A DNA stretch of 64,000 nucleotides from Gracilinanus agilis (GCF_016433145.1 NC_058130.1:47187530-47251529); one strand, 5' to 3'. Shown: positions 12,544 to 26,415, counted from the first letter of the stretch. Numbers and translations: made by a program. Notes: generated from the letters alone by a model not told the origin.

Positions 12544-13592
12544 TTATGCTCATAATATTCCTTATTAATAGGGTAGAGACTACGACTCTCTTTCCCATTT
12601 TACAATAAGGAAGCTGAGACATAGAGAAACGAAATACCAAAGATGAAGAATACTTGAGATAGATTTTGGGACATAAGTTGATGAATTCAGGTATCAAGAG
12701 GTCTGACAATATCTTTTTTAAAAATCCCTGATTTTATAGAAAGAGAAGTAGAGAAAATCAAAAGCCCTGAGCAAGTCCTTAAAACATGTGAGTAGATGAA
12801 TAAAAAAGCACCCAAAGAGATCTTAAGGTATTAAAACTAGCTACTTATAATTTTCATGAGTGAAAGCTATAAAAAAGGCTTCTGTCCAAAGTAATTTCCA
12901 GTAGCTATTATAAATTAGGACTTGGGACGCGAAGTAACTGCCTGAGCTCAGTAGGAAAAAAAAATGAGACCAATCAGAGAGGGATATTAAGGCAATAGAG
13001 GCTACCTTGACTTTGTTTTTCTTCTAACATAATGTGCAGTATATTTTAATTGTTTAAAAGAAAGTAAAATATTTTATTTTCATGTGATCTTAAATTGCCA
13101 TGCTACAGATTAAGATTAGCTGATCACCTTAATAATTTGGGGGGACATAATAAATCTTAGGAAACTTTGGATCTTCCAAAAGTCTTAGGGTAGTTTTAAA
13201 CTATGAAATTGTTAAGTCTTTTGGGACACTCTGTAAAGCTAGGAAATGACCTAGCTAGGTAGATCTAGGCCAACAGGTAGGGCATCCATGATATTTCTGG
13301 CAAGTTTTAATTGATTAATAGTTCCCAGGTGGGTAGAGAATTAGACATGCATTTGTGTAGTTCACTTGGGCCTGAGATGGGTCATGTAGCAGTTAGCCAA
13401 GTGAGAAACAGGCCCAGTACTAAGAAGGTCAGGCAAAAGTAGAACAGAAAAACATCCATGTCAATCAATAAATAAGCCAAGAAATCATTTATTAAGTACC
13501 TATCATGAGCTAGGCATTGGATATACAAACAATTATAACAGACTGTTTTTGAAGATTATATTAATCCTATCACAGAAATCAACATTAATTTG

Positions 13593-13626
<34 letters not shown>

Positions 13627-13769
13627 CCAAATTGATTCAAAATATTTAAGGTAATCATTTTTATGAGGAAAGGACTAACAGCTAGGGACAACAGGAAATG
13701 GATTATATAGAAGTTAGTACTTGATCTGAGTCTTGACAGAAACTAAGGACTCTAAAAAATGGAGGTGAA

Positions 13770-13871
13770 TGTGTGACCCTGGGCAAGTCACTTGACCCCC
13801 ATTGCCCACCCTTACCACTCTTCCACCTATGAGACAATACACCGAAGTTAAGGGTTTAAAAAAAATTCAAA
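13770..13871 (+). mobile_element. 5'-truncated young SINE1 (short-tail variant)
   Basis: Starts at tgtgtgaccctgggcaagt; A tail; 16-bp TSD AAAAAATGGAGGTGAA at 13754-13769 and 13872-13887; inserted into an L2 remnant. Confidence 0.92.
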
Positions 13872-14066
13872 AAAAAATGGAGGTGAAGAATGGGGAGTGC
13901 ATCCCAGGCAGTTGGGTCAAAGAAAGTGCAGAAAATGATGAGAGTAAAATAGATGGGTGCAGTATTGTCTTTACTGTAATTTCAAGAATAGGGTAGGAAC
14001 AATCGGGAAATGAAATGAGATCAAGCCCTGAGGTAGGCAGAGGCACCATGACTAGGTGAGTCAGAA

Positions 14067-14285
14067 GTTGTTGTTGCTGTTGTTATTGTTGCTATAAAGT
14101 CATTTCCAGTTGGGTCCTACTCATTATGTCCCCATTGGGGATTTTTTTTGGATGCTGGAGTGGTTTCTCATTTCCTTCTCCAATTTATTTTATAGATGAG
14201 GAAACTGAGGCAAACAAGGTTAAGTATCTTGCTCAAGGTCACACAGCTAGTAAGTACCTGAGGCTGGATTTGGAGTCAGAAAGAC
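14067..14285 (-). mobile_element. MAR1-type SINE
   Basis: Antisense (TTG)n tail, gatgaggaaactgaggca core, gtcacacagctagtaagt. Confidence 0.75.
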
Positions 14286-15873
14286 ATGGGTATGAATCTT
14301 TCTTTGATATCTACTGGCTATGTGACCCTAGGCAAGTCACTTACCCTCTTACTATCTCCAGGCAATTCTCTAAGATTATCAGTCCCAAAGAATGCATTGG
14401 TCTTCATTGGTAGAGGAAGCTTCTTCATTGGGAGGGTTCAATACTAACAAATGTCCAGTCTAAAAAAAAATGCAATTATTGTCAGACTACCAGTCTATTT
14501 AGCATTAAGTAACAATAGAAGAAAAAATTGATTACAAAATAGATAAATTAGGTAATCATTATTTAAGCTACTTTTAAAGTTTATTTAACAATAAATTCTT
14601 CAAAATATCAAATTGAAATTGAAAATATGGCACAATTCAGGAAATGCTTTATGCTCAACTTTTCAAAACTATATTCACACAGAGAAGTACACTTGCATTA
14701 CAGAGTCAATTTAAGATTCAAAGATACATAATCCTATTACTGCAGAAGATGACTATAAAACTTAAATAAGGCTATATCCTTAATTCCCAAACACTAATTA
14801 GTTTACAGATGATATTCTCAACCAAAACTCTCTACAAGAGGAAATGAAGAAACGGAAATCAAATCTTTTGCACAATCATCTCAGTGGAGCCATTCACAGT
14901 CCAAGTTGCTTCTAACTAAGCCGAGCCAAAACCAAAGAATCAGAGAGAGTTAAAAGGAGAAACTGAAGTCAGGAAATGGAGGGGAAAGGGAAGCAGGACA
15001 TGTAAAATCTGTCAGATAATTTACCATCTCATGGATGGTGGACAGTGGGAGAAAGGGAAAGAATTTGAAACTCAAAAAAATTTTAAAGACTGTTAAAAAT
15101 ATATTGCATGTAATTAAGGGAAATAAAATATTATTTTTAAAGAAGAATAGAAACTGGGGAAAAGGAGACAGAATGGTGGAGTGGAAAAAGCACTAGACCA
15201 AAATTCAGGAAAACTCAGCTTCCAGCCTGTGACACAACTTACATGTGCATTCTTGTTCCCACAATATCCCTGCACATAGAATCTAAGCTCGTTTGCATTG
15301 TTTTTGTCTTGGTATCATCAATTTCTAGCACAATGCCAAGCCCAAAGTAGATTCTTAAAAACGCTTGTCAAATTGAAATTTTTTTTTACATAGCATTGGG
15401 CAAGTCACATTATTTCAGAATAGGAGAAACTTGACCTTTTTGGTGTCATGGATTCCTTTGACAACCTGAGGAAGTCTGGGAATCCCTTCTAAGACAGAAG
15501 AGACATGGGACAATAACAGGGATGGATAGATTATATCATCTGTAAATTTTTAAAAGCTGGCAATTTTTAAGACCTTTTCCCACTTTAAAAGGTTATGATT
15601 GAAGAAAAGAGACCAGGTCCTGCCTCTGATTAGTTGGATGGCCTTGGGCAAAGTTCTTATCATTTCAGTGAGTACTCTAGGCAACCCTCTAAGATTGAAG
15701 AGGTGCTACCAACTTGACCTGATAGAAGAAATTTCCTCATTTGGTAATTACAGATCATCCAGTCTTTATCCCTATCCCTATATGCAAAGCATTATTTTAG
15801 GTGCTGAAATTATAAAAACAAAATGGCTCCTGCCCTCAAAAAACTAACCTTCTTACAGGAAATATATTATGTA

Positions 15874-16804
15874 TGTAACAATAAAGAGGACCAATAATCG
15901 ATGTTTGATAGAAGGGAGATAGAGAAAGTCTGTATGGTGGGTCTCTCTTCCAGCTCTCTCCTGGGGCCGAATATACACTGGGAGACTTTAAAGGGGTGTC
16001 ATCCCGAAACTGGGTGACATCGATGGTTGTGCTGCACCACAGGAGTTGGGGGTGAGCTTCTCTATAAGAAGAGGTGTGTGATACCCCAATTCAATTCTGA
16101 ATAAGGACGGGGTTCACACAAACCTCCCCCCATCAGTTAAATTCAGAGTGGGTGGTTTAGTTTCAAGATGGAGGCAGCCAGACCAAGCTGTGGTTCCCCT
16201 CTCCCTTGTTGTCTCTCAGGCACTCTGGAACACTATCTGACTGATGAATGGCTTTTATTATTTGCAATTCAGGGGTTGGGGAAAGGGTTAAAAGGCAGAG
16301 GAATTTGGGGTGCCCTCTTCTCTATTTCTATGGGGCCTGTCACTTAGGAGGGAACCTTTGGGGTTCCCACTCCTAAGCTTCTTCCCCTGCCCCTTCTCCT
16401 TCTGTTTCTATCCTTTTCTATAATTGTAACTTTTGACTAAAAGGGGGTCTCTCAGCAACGTTGGGTAATGGGTGAAGGACACTAAGAGATTGCTCCCAAA
16501 ATGGAATCCAAAAACTTAGCTAACTCTATGGTTGAAATCTTGATGGGTGAGATGCGATGGAATGGCTTTAATCAGGGAATTGGGGTTTCAATTTCCAAAG
16601 AAAGATCCTCAGGAAGCCCTCAGGACTGGATCCAAGCTGTGTGGTTCTCCTCCTCTCTCCTCCCAGTCCTCTGCCAGAAGACCTCTCCTTCCTCCCCGGA
16701 GAAATTCCCAGAATTCTCTCTGGTCTCAACTGTCAGCAATTGTCAGCAACTGCCTTCTCTGGCCCCTTTGGTCCTATCCCCCTTGCACAAATCCCATCCT
16801 TACA
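15874..16804 (-). mobile_element. Solo ERV LTR, 931 bp (class I-like by TSD length)
   Basis: tgtaac...ttaca termini; 4-bp TSD TGTA at 15870-15873 and 16805-16808; minus-strand AATAAA at 16254-16259; the flanks rejoin as a continuous L2-like remnant. Confidence 0.85.
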
Positions 16805-16937
16805 TGTATGTGTAATTATAAAATACTATATAACAATGCAAAATCATTTCAAGAGGCAGACTGTCATCATTCTCCTAGTGACATATAGCATATACACAAA
16901 TAAGTAAAGGAAATTATTAGCAAAGCACAAAGCTTTT

Positions 16938-17132
16938 TTTTTATTTTTTTTTATTTTAAACCCTTAACTTCTGTGTATTGACTTATAGGTGAAAGAGTGG
17001 TAAGGGTAGGCAATGGGGGTCAAGTGACTTGCCCAGGGTCACACAACTGGGAAGTGTCTGAGGCCAGATTTGAACCTAGGACCTCCTGTCTCTAGGCCTG
17101 GCTCTCAATCCACTGAGCTACCCAGCTGCCCC
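16938..17132 (-). mobile_element. Full-length SINE1 (short-tail variant)
   Basis: Complete head to T-tail; 16-bp TSD AAAGCACAAAGCTTTT at 16922-16937 and 17133-17148. Confidence 0.95.
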
Positions 17133-18309
17133 AAAGCACAAAGCTTTTGCATTCATCCTAGAGTGAGAGAATGCAAACATTTGACAGGGTTGTAAGGCAA
17201 GAGTTCAAGAAATCTCTCAGGTCGTATGTGGCTTCTAAGCTGAGCTTTGATGAAACTAAATATTCTGTACAGCAGAGGGGAGAAGGAAGCCCATTCCAGA
17301 CATGAGGGTCACTTGCACAAAAGTGAAAGATACAACATTAGATTCCCATGATGTTGGGCTATTTGATAACAAGTTTTCCAAAGGTTTGATAATTACTATT
17401 ATATCTTTCCTCCTTCATTTGTCATAATTAATAATGCAGATTGCCCTATGGAGTCTCATTTAATTTTCTTTTTTCTCAGTTTTATGCTAAAATTTTTCTA
17501 ATTCATTTTTTTTATATTTTGAGTTTCAAATTCTCTCCCTCTCACATCTTTCCCCTCCCTGAGAAGACAAGCAACTTGATATAGATTATACATATGCAGT
17601 CATGCAAAACACCTATGGATTCTGAACCTGCAACACAGGCATTGTTAGGAACTGAAGCTTCTAAGACATTATAGATTGAATAAATGTGAAAAAGCTACCT
17701 TCTTTCCCCTAGACTGACCAAATTTTAGTTATTGAAATCCTAGGATAATAAATCATTCTTTAGTTTTTCTCACCCTCAAATGAAGGACATAATCCATAGC
17801 TTAGTGATGCAGGCCACACACGTTGGAGATTAGTGAAAAAATAAATGAGTACCTGGGTCAGTGTTTACTCTGAAAGCATCTATCTGTACCTGGTATCATG
17901 AGAAAGGCCATTATGATCAGTCATGTTAACAAGAATTTGTCCATTTCAGAAACAATACCTTTCTATTCTTCCCACTTCCCTGAAAAGTGATTTAAGCATT
18001 ATGACAGACATTTCTCTTAGAGAAGATAATTCTCCACCACCACCACCACCCTTCCATCTACTGTGGCCCTTTTCTTTTTTATCATTATTTTGTATTAGTT
18101 AGCCTAAAGTCTCCCCACTTCATATTTATATAATGCTAGAAAGCAGCCTACAAGCTATCAACCAGACCTTGCCAAATAATTGTAATTATTGCCAGTTTTT
18201 GTTTGGTTTAGGATCAAAAGGAAACCTTAACATTGTTTCCCCACTAACTTAGCAAGTAACATTTTCTTTTAAGCTCAGTTATCAGCACCAAAATTTAAGA
18301 AGGGCATTG

Positions 18310-18610
18310 ATAAATGAGAGAGTAGGAAGGCAACCAGGATGGAGAAGAGCCTTGAATTCATACCATAAGAGAATTATTTGAAGAGACTGTGGACATGTAG
18401 CCTAGAGAAGAAAAGAGTCAGAGATAATATGAAAACAGCCTTCAAGTATTTAAAAAGTTACATGGAAGAGGTATCAGACTTGTTTTATTTTACCACCATG
18501 CATGACCCATCATTCCAATGAGTGAAATTTGGACAGAATAAAATTTATGCATGGTATCAGAAAGAAAACTTTCTAGTAATTTAAACTATCTAAAAGTGAA
18601 ATGGGAAATA
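18310..18610 (+). mobile_element. L3/CR1 3' fragment
   Basis: tagcctagagaagaaaagagtcaga...cttcaagtatttaaaaag...agaaagaaaactttct, a typical L3 3' region that also parallels 46.3-46.5 kb. Confidence 0.7.
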
Positions 18611-19389
18611 AAAGAAATAAAAAGAATCACCGCAGTCCATAAAGGAGTTCTCAGTGAGGAATTATCCTCTAGCAATATACTTTCTCTGCCACATAGAGCT
18701 TTACAGAGTTGCCTGCAGCATTGAGAGTCTCTTTGATTTGCCTACAGTCACATAGCCATATATAGTAAAAGCGGGATGGGAATCTTGGTCTTATTGATTA
18801 CAAAGCCAGTTCTCTTTCCTCTTCACTGACTCTATAGGTAACTATAAGTTAGCAAAACTAGGGATTTTTTCATGGAGTATTATAAACAAAATGATAAACC
18901 ACCCAACTTAAAAGAACACATACTGAGAGAATCAACCCACTCCCAAGAAGCGAAATCTTGAAGTAAAAGTTATAATGGAATTACCAAAGGTGTTCCTTCA
19001 GAATTCCAATGGAGTGGGGAAGCGGGAGTCATTGGTTCAGATAGATTAACAATGAAATCTATCAGATATTTAAAGAGAAATTACTACTCATGCTACACAA
19101 ATCATTCTTTTAATGACCTGAAACAAATATTTTTCTGGTGTTGATATGTGGCTATAAGTCATAGAATGATATAGTCCCTAAATAAATCAAATTGAAAATC
19201 ACCCAAAGGCAATAGAGAGGTGTGTGGTGGTCACGGATAGGCTGTAACAAATAAATTTAATATACCTAGGATAAGAAAGGAAGTGATCAAATAGGAGAAA
19301 ATCTTAATTTCAAATTTCAAATTTCAATAAGAGTTTGGCATCAAAAAAAAAAGAGACAGACAGACAGATTAGACAAACAGATAAACATA

Positions 19390-20310
19390 TCCAAAAGTCA
19401 TTCTCTAATAGATGTGATCAAAGGATATCAGTTCTCAAAAGAATTCCAATGTGAAAATCTCCAAATCTCCAATAATTAGAGAAATGTAAAGCAAAAACAC
19501 CCTAGGATTTCATCTCATATCTTGAAAACTAGTAAAGATGAAAAAAGAATAATCAGTGTCAGAGTGGTTGTAGGGAGATTGGCACAGAAGTGTATTACTG
19601 GTGGGACTATAAACAGTACAGATACTTTGGAAATTAATTTTGATTTATGCAAATAAAGTGACTCAAATATATGTGCTCTTGGACCCAGAGATTTCACTAC
19701 TATGAGTATGTCCCAAGAAGGTCATTAATAAGAAGAAAGTCCCTATATATGCAAAAATATTAATAGCAGTATTTTTGGTGATAGCAAGGAATTAGAAACA
19801 AAATTAATGATTAGCAATTGGAGAATAGCTTTAAAAACTGTTTTGTATGAATATAATGGAATAATACCATGCTATAGGAAATGATGACTGATGAATAAAG
19901 AGAAGCATGGAAATATCTATATAAATTGTTATAGAGCAAAGTAAGCAGAGCCAAGAAATCAATATATATATAATAACTACAACATAAAGTAAAAGAACAA
20001 CCAAAGAGATCAAAATTGAATGTTGCAAAATTTCCAAAATCAAGCATGGCTTGAAAGAAGAAATATGAGAAAACATCCCCAACTCCTCCCTTTTCCAGAA
20101 GTGGGGGAGGGGACATAATACATTACCTTGAGCATATGTTCCAACTTTTTCAATGTTTTTATCATTTGTACTGATTTTTCCATCTTTTTCCTTTTTGTGA
20201 TCTTTAAAAAAATTACTACTTGTTGAAATGGGATGACTCGAGGTGGGGGTGAGGGGAAGAATACGAGGGGCAACTGTGGGGGATGTAAAAAAAATAAAAG
20301 ATATCAATAT
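19390..20310 (+). mobile_element. Old L1: ORF2 C-terminus and 3' UTR
   Basis: Decayed ORF2 end (taattagagaaatgtaaa...; aaaatattaatagcag...; gaatataatggaata), G-rich tract at about 20240-20285, A-rich end. Confidence 0.85.
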
Positions 20311-20329
20311 GAACTAAAGTGCCATCTAT

Positions 20330-20452
20330 ACTCTTTTGGACTTCATGCTTCTAGAAGGGAAAGGGCCTCCTAGGCAGTATGAATAGTATAAAAGAGACAC
20401 AGAAGTAGGAAGGATAGGATATTTCTGGACAAATAGTAACAATTAGCCAGAG

Positions 20453-20523
<71 letters not shown>

Positions 20524-20790
20524 ATAGGACATAAGGTTAGGAAAGTAGGTTGGCACCAAGTCATGGAACAACTTGAATTCCAGGAAAAAATAATTTAGAC
20601 TGTACTTAGAAATAGATTTTTCAAGCAAGGGACTATTCTGATCAGAGCTGAGCATCAAGAAAATCAGTCTGTAGCATGTGGGCATTCCAATCTGATAATA
20701 GCGAAAATACATTCCTGTTAAATACCATTGCTTCTTACTACTTGATTTTAAAGTGAAAAAACTTTCCATCTAGCAGCTAACATTACATGA
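20330..20790 (-). mobile_element. L2 fragment interrupted by (GA)n
   Basis: Antisense L2 motifs (ggttggcaccaagtcatggaacaacttgaattccagg; gatcagagctgagcatcaagaaaatc). Confidence 0.6.
20453..20521. repeat. (GA)n microsatellite
   Basis: About 34 GA units with one interruption; source of the SLSLSL ORFs. Confidence 0.97.
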
Positions 20791-23700
20791 CTGCTTATTT
20801 TTCTCAATCTGATTTCTAAAAGATAGATATCGACAACTGGCACAGGACAGTAAGAGGTTCTTCTATCCTTAATCCCATCCCAATCAATAATGCTTGAGAG
20901 GAATTAACAAAACTTAATGAATTTTGGGTCTCTTTGTTTTATCTTCCTTTTCCAGCAGAATGTCATGCTTGGTTTTGGACAATAACAGAACAAGACAGTT
21001 TGGGAGAAACTAGGACCATGAAATGAATCTGAACAAGAGCTATAGTAGACAACCCTGTGAGCATAACAGGTAATGGCCAAAATGTCAATTAGTACAGGGA
21101 AGACACCTGTGAATTCTGTAAATCCAGACAAGGTGGCAAATTTTAAAGTCCAAAAGAATCAGTGCAAGTAAGAAGGACAAAATATTATTATGAATTCAAG
21201 GAGAAAATGTGCATTAAAGGGTTGAGATTATTAGTAGTAGTGGAAAGAAACAACCAGGTAGCAATGGTCCAAGCAGAGAGAGTAGATCATAATTTGGGAG
21301 TTGGCCTGCATCAGGAGCCTGAGTCAAAAACCTGATATGCACAGAGTCAGAGTGCCCAAATAGACTGCAGAGGTTCAGAGGGAACAGGCTGGACTAAGCT
21401 GTATGAGTCATAAATTTGGATCCATAGTCTACCACAAATAGAAAGAAAAAAGAAAAGCTCTAGCATCAGGGCAATGACCACTGATTTGGGGCCTGATAAT
21501 CTGGCCTCTGGTTTTAGGAAGTTTCATCGCAGAGAGACTAGGTTTGGCAGCTGTATGTTCACAAAAAGAAAGGCAGAGCTCTGTAGTTACTCACTGCTCA
21601 TGGCTGCATCAGAATCACAGAACAATGCCATCCAGGGTGCATTGGCATCAAAGGAATATGGAAGTATAGATATAGAGCTGGAAGGGACCTTAGAAGTGAT
21701 GTAGACCAACCCTCTCATTTTTGAGGTAAGAAAACTGAGACCTACAAAGGTTAAGCAATTAGGTCGATATTTCATAGGCAGCAAGCATCAGAGGCAGAAA
21801 TTTAACTGGGTGCTCTGGCTTACAAGCCAATGGTGTTTTTCATCAAGTAGATTCCTGTTTGGTCTGTATTCTGGACTGAAGCAAAGTACTGAATAATTAA
21901 ATATTAAACTTTCTGACATACCTACCAACATCACAGTCACCTCCTCAGTAACGATGTTCTATTTGCTAATTCATGTTTCATGTGGATGCTCCATAACTAT
22001 AATGGTATTATCAGCCTCTTTCACACATATCCTTCCCTGCATTCAAACTGATGCTTTTCACAGCTTGGTCTAAGGAATAAATGAAGAAGATTCATTGACT
22101 TTCACCTCCACTCATCCCTCCCCGCCACAGTGGCCTCAGAGGTCCAATGTAACTTGTATTCTATACATAGTACCCAAAGATTCTTCACTTTTAAAATGTC
22201 TGAATGACATGTAAATAAAACAAATTAATTATAACAACTCACAGCTTTTACATTTCTCAAGTAGAAGTAATAAAACTATTTCCAGCTTAAAAGAGTGTGT
22301 ACCTCTCAAGATGGGGATGACAGATATAGAATATTGTATATACTTTCAGATTCATTTGATGTATTACTTGGTTTGATTTAATTGCATTTCTTCTTTTCTA
22401 TTCTTTGTTCTAGGGGATAACTTGCTGGGTGAGAGAGATGAAGGTATATTTAGAAATGAAGGTAGCATCATTTTTTTTAATTTTCAAAAAAAGATGGTAT
22501 GCCTTTCAATTCAAATAAGTATAACTCCCTTGCAAGTCACCATGAGATTAAAGGGTCATAGATTTAAAGTTAGAAGGAACTGCAGAGACCAACTAATAAG
22601 ACATATCAAAGGTACTTAACAATGTTTATTTCAAAAAAATAAAGATGTCTAAACTAGCCCTGGTAGACTCAGAGGGATTCAGAATCAAGGATAAAAAGAG
22701 GGAGGGTATGGTGACTTCTTATTAATATTTTAATAGAAAATCCATTAAATGACATTATGACATCAATAGAAGAGAAGGCATAACCTAATAGAAGGAAAGC
22801 TGGAATTAGAGTCAGGAAGATGGGTGTTCCAGCCCTACCTCTTACTAGCTGTGTGACAATTGCAAATCATTTAACCTATCTGAGCCTCAGGCGGTCTTAG
22901 AAGACTATAATTTATATCTAGGTTCTACTCTGTGTTATCAGCAGGGAGTTCCCATTCCAGGAAAATCATAGATCCCCAATGCATTAATATATAAAAAAAC
23001 GAAAACCTTAAGTCACCTCAGGAGCTTTTTCTTGATCAAACTAAAAATCTGCCTGGGCATTTGGGCAGTAAACAAGCATTCAAGGCAAGTATGAAACTAC
23101 TAAGCACTACATTAAAGGTGAAATAATGGAATATAGTGGAATGAATGCTAGCTTTGGAGCCCCAGGACCTGAGTGCTAATCATACCTTTATTTTACTAAG
23201 TTGTTTATGTTATCATGAGAAAGTCTCTTCTCCATGATCCTCCATGATTCTCTCACTTTCCTCATTTGTTAAATGAGAGGTTAGACTAGATGGTCTCTAA
23301 TATCCCTTCCAGCTCAAAAATCTATGATCTATATAGATTGCTAGGTATATTCTCTGTCCTTCCACTTAACTGCAGTTTGATTCATTCAGTCCACAGATAT
23401 TTACTCAGCACCTACTGTGTACAAGGCACTTCACTAAACAGCAGGATCTATAGAGAATTAAAATTTCACTCTTCCAAGTTAGATAATTAAACATGAAGGA
23501 GAATAAGGAGTCAATAGTATGAAGAGGAAAGAGAATGGGGAAGAATCCCCAGGGATCAATGTTATTTTGAACCACCTTATTGGAGAAGAGCCTCTGCCTG
23601 TCATTCTTTCCAATTCCACCTCTAATACCTATGGAATAGACAACATTGGCACCTAATTTATTCTGTCATTTCATCTGTTCTCCTTTGTGTAGCATTTTTG

Positions 23701-24431
23701 CTCTCTTTCTGAGGTCTATTCCAACCACTGGTAATTACATCTGCTACTAGATTGTTATGGTCTGGCACCTGGTGAGCCATTTCTGCTAAAGGTATATACT
23801 TTGGTTCCAGGGACTCAGAACTCTGTGAAGGTTCTTCTCAAACTCTTCTTCTAAAGTGACTTCTCCCCTTTCCATATCTTTGGAAAGACTTTCCAAGATT
23901 CGTATGAAAATTGATCTTGGTCAATGGTTATGTTACTCCCTTTATAGAAAGATGCTATCATTCTCTTCATCATCAGATCACTGATTTTAAATTGCCAGTG
24001 TCATTCTCTTTTTCCTATAAGACACTGCTCTTCACTGCCTTTCATTAAGAAAATTCCATAGATCCACTAACAAGGTAGGGAGAGTAGCATTATACTTATG
24101 CCCTAAAAAAAAACAAATATTACCCATGTACAGGGTATATCTGCTCATAAATAGCATCAAGAGGTGGAAGGAATATAGTATCAATCCAGCGAGGCCAATA
24201 ATTCTTATTATTAACATAATTCCTTTCCTAGAATCATTGTTTGTTTGAGATTAGGCCAAACCTAATTTCTTGTGGGCCATTGGGTCTATGCCAATCTGCA
24301 TGGTTTCAGGCCATCCACTAAGCCTTCATATACCATGCATTTGATTTCAGGGCCTATGAACTATTCTGCTTTGCATTTACATTCCAAATTCCCTCTACTT
24401 TCTATCCTGCTCCTAGTGTGATTTTTATGCA

Positions 24432-24463
24432 AAACAACAATAACAACAACAACAACAACAACA
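24432..24463. repeat. (AAC)n microsatellite
   Basis: About 10 AAC units with one AAT variant. Confidence 0.9.
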
Positions 24464-24760
24464 CAAGAGGTACTTATATTGACCTTTATTCAAAAGGGGT
24501 CAAAACATTCTCAGAGTATCTCACAGGTCCTCTGAGGGCCCTGACATAAACACAGAGGCAATCTCTTTTGAACTCTTGCCATTGCAAAGATGATGAAACT
24601 GAGGTTTATGAGATAAAGGAATTGAGGTAGAAGCCAATAGTAGAAATGGCAGTGTAATCAAGGAGCTTTGCTCTACCTATTCAATGGACAATTTGGACAT
24701 CAAGAAAAATGAAAAGAACTATGGATGTGGTCCCTCCTAGTTCCATATATTATCAATCTA

Positions 24761-25125
24761 GCTACACTGTGATAAAATCAAATATAATGGACTTCTGTAC
24801 TGGTAGCAATGCAGGACAATTCTGAGGGATTTATGGAAAAGAACTCTTCCCACATTCATAGGAAGAACTGCAGGAGAGGAAACATAGAAGTAAAACAACC
24901 GCTTGAATACTTGGGTTGATGCGGACATGGTTGGGGATGTAGACACTAAATGACCACACCAATGTAACTATCAATAATATGTAAATAAGTCTTGACTGAT
25001 CACACATGTTAAAACCAGTGGAAATGCACATTGGATATGGGAGGAGTTGAAGGGGGTGAAGGGGAAAGTAAAAACAAGAATCATGTAACCATGGAAAATT
25101 TTTCTTAAAAAATTAAATATTTAAA
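24761..25125 (+). mobile_element. 5'-truncated L1 3' UTR (L1_Mdo-like)
   Basis: gcaggacaattctgagggatttatg..., G-rich tract, A/T tail; 19-bp TSD TCCATATATTATCA(A/G)TCTA at 24742-24760 and 25126-25144. Confidence 0.9.
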
Positions 25126-26209
25126 TCCATATATTATCAGTCTATTCTGAGATGTTCTCATTCTAAAGAACCACAAAGGCCATAATTTCAAATCTGGTTA
25201 AATTCTAAATCAACAATCCTCCCTCATAATTATAGTTATTATTGTCATTGCAATAATTTGAGCATACATTTATATAATACTTTGAGGTTGGCAGAACATA
25301 TTACATACATCATGTAATTTGAGCTTCATAAGAATGCTAGAAGGGAGGTTCTATTATTTGCCTCATTTTATAGATGAGAAAATTGAGGCTTGAGAAAAGA
25401 AGTGATTTGCCCAGGGTTGTGCTTATGTCTGAAGAAGATCAGATCTTCTTGACTAAATCCAGCACCCAATATGCTATCCTATGCCCTGCTGCCTGTGGTA
25501 TGTAACAAAAGCACAATTATGATTTTGTTTTTAAGATAAGATTAAAGATTTGTGAAGTAATGATATATATTAGTTACTGCAAAGAATATTTAGGGAAAAT
25601 GGTCCAAATAAGTTACAACTTCCACCAGTTAACAGAGAACAGATGATGAGACTAAGAACTCAAGCTCAGAAACAGGATGAAGGACTGAGGAATAGACAAG
25701 GTGAGCAGTAACTATAAACAAAGGAGAAATCAGGCTAGACATAAATCAAGGTAGGTGGCTGGCAAAAGAATTACTCATAGAAGCACCAGAAGAAGGTAGG
25801 TAAAAGGAGCTAGAATCAAGAATAGTCAAGAGTGTGAGATTTATGAAAAGTAGGTACACTCAATTAGTCAAACACAGAAACAGAGGTCTGTGTTTCAATG
25901 GCAGAGGCAATTCCAGTACCATGGATAGCTTCCAAAGAACAAGTTGTCCTGAAAGACTTGGATCCTCAAAGCCCTACACTATTCTGCTGCCTCTAAATTT
26001 TCTCAGGAACTATCTAGCTGCTACAGAAGTATCGACTTTTTAAAAGCCAAGTTTAGTCTCTGTCATTCAGAGAATTATCATAATGTCCTCAAAAAACTTT
26101 CTGAGGTTGAATAAAATAGAAGGGCCACCTCACAGGCTGTCCATGTACTCAGGTGAGTCCATCCAGCAGACTCAAAGAGGGAAGTTGTTGTTTGGCCATG
26201 TCTGTCTCT

Positions 26210-26415
26210 TTCTGGCCCCATACAGGGTTTTCTTAGCAGAGATACTGGAATGGTTTTCCATTTGCTTTTCCAGTTCATTTTGCAGATGAGAGAAGAGAGA
26301 GGCAAACAGGGTCAACTAACTTGCCCAGGATCACATGGCCAGGAAGTATCAGAAGTCAAATTTGAACTCAGGCCCCCCTATCTCCAGGGCCAGCACTCAA
26401 TCTACTGTGCCATCT
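26210..26415 (-). mobile_element. MAR1-type SINE
   Basis: gggttttcttagcagagatactggaatgg...ttgcccaggatcaca...tttgaactcagg. Confidence 0.8.

Noticed and set aside
16501-16907. Three overlapping plus-strand ORFs (104, 113 and 88 aa)
   Set aside because: They lie antisense within a solo LTR, are Ser/Pro/Leu-rich by composition, and show no gag/pol/env motifs.
19811-20307. 158-, 101- and 77-aa minus-strand ORFs
   Set aside because: Antisense to the AT-rich L1 3' UTR; compositional artefacts.
20370-20769. SLSLSL-containing ORFs (also the ERER/SLSL/X ORFs at 46625-47305 and the ORFs at 29480-29959)
   Set aside because: Produced by (GA)n microsatellites and N gaps.
22000-22070. Minus-strand PSCEKHQFECREG after a ttccttAG acceptor, resembling an LDL-receptor class A repeat start
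   Set aside because: A stop follows two codons later (YV*), there is no convincing donor, and the remaining cysteines and acidic SDE motif are absent.
26071-26152. Plus-strand 82-bp exon-like segment with strong CAG|GTGAGT donor
   Set aside because: No partner exons or homology could be established; kept only as an unsupported possibility.
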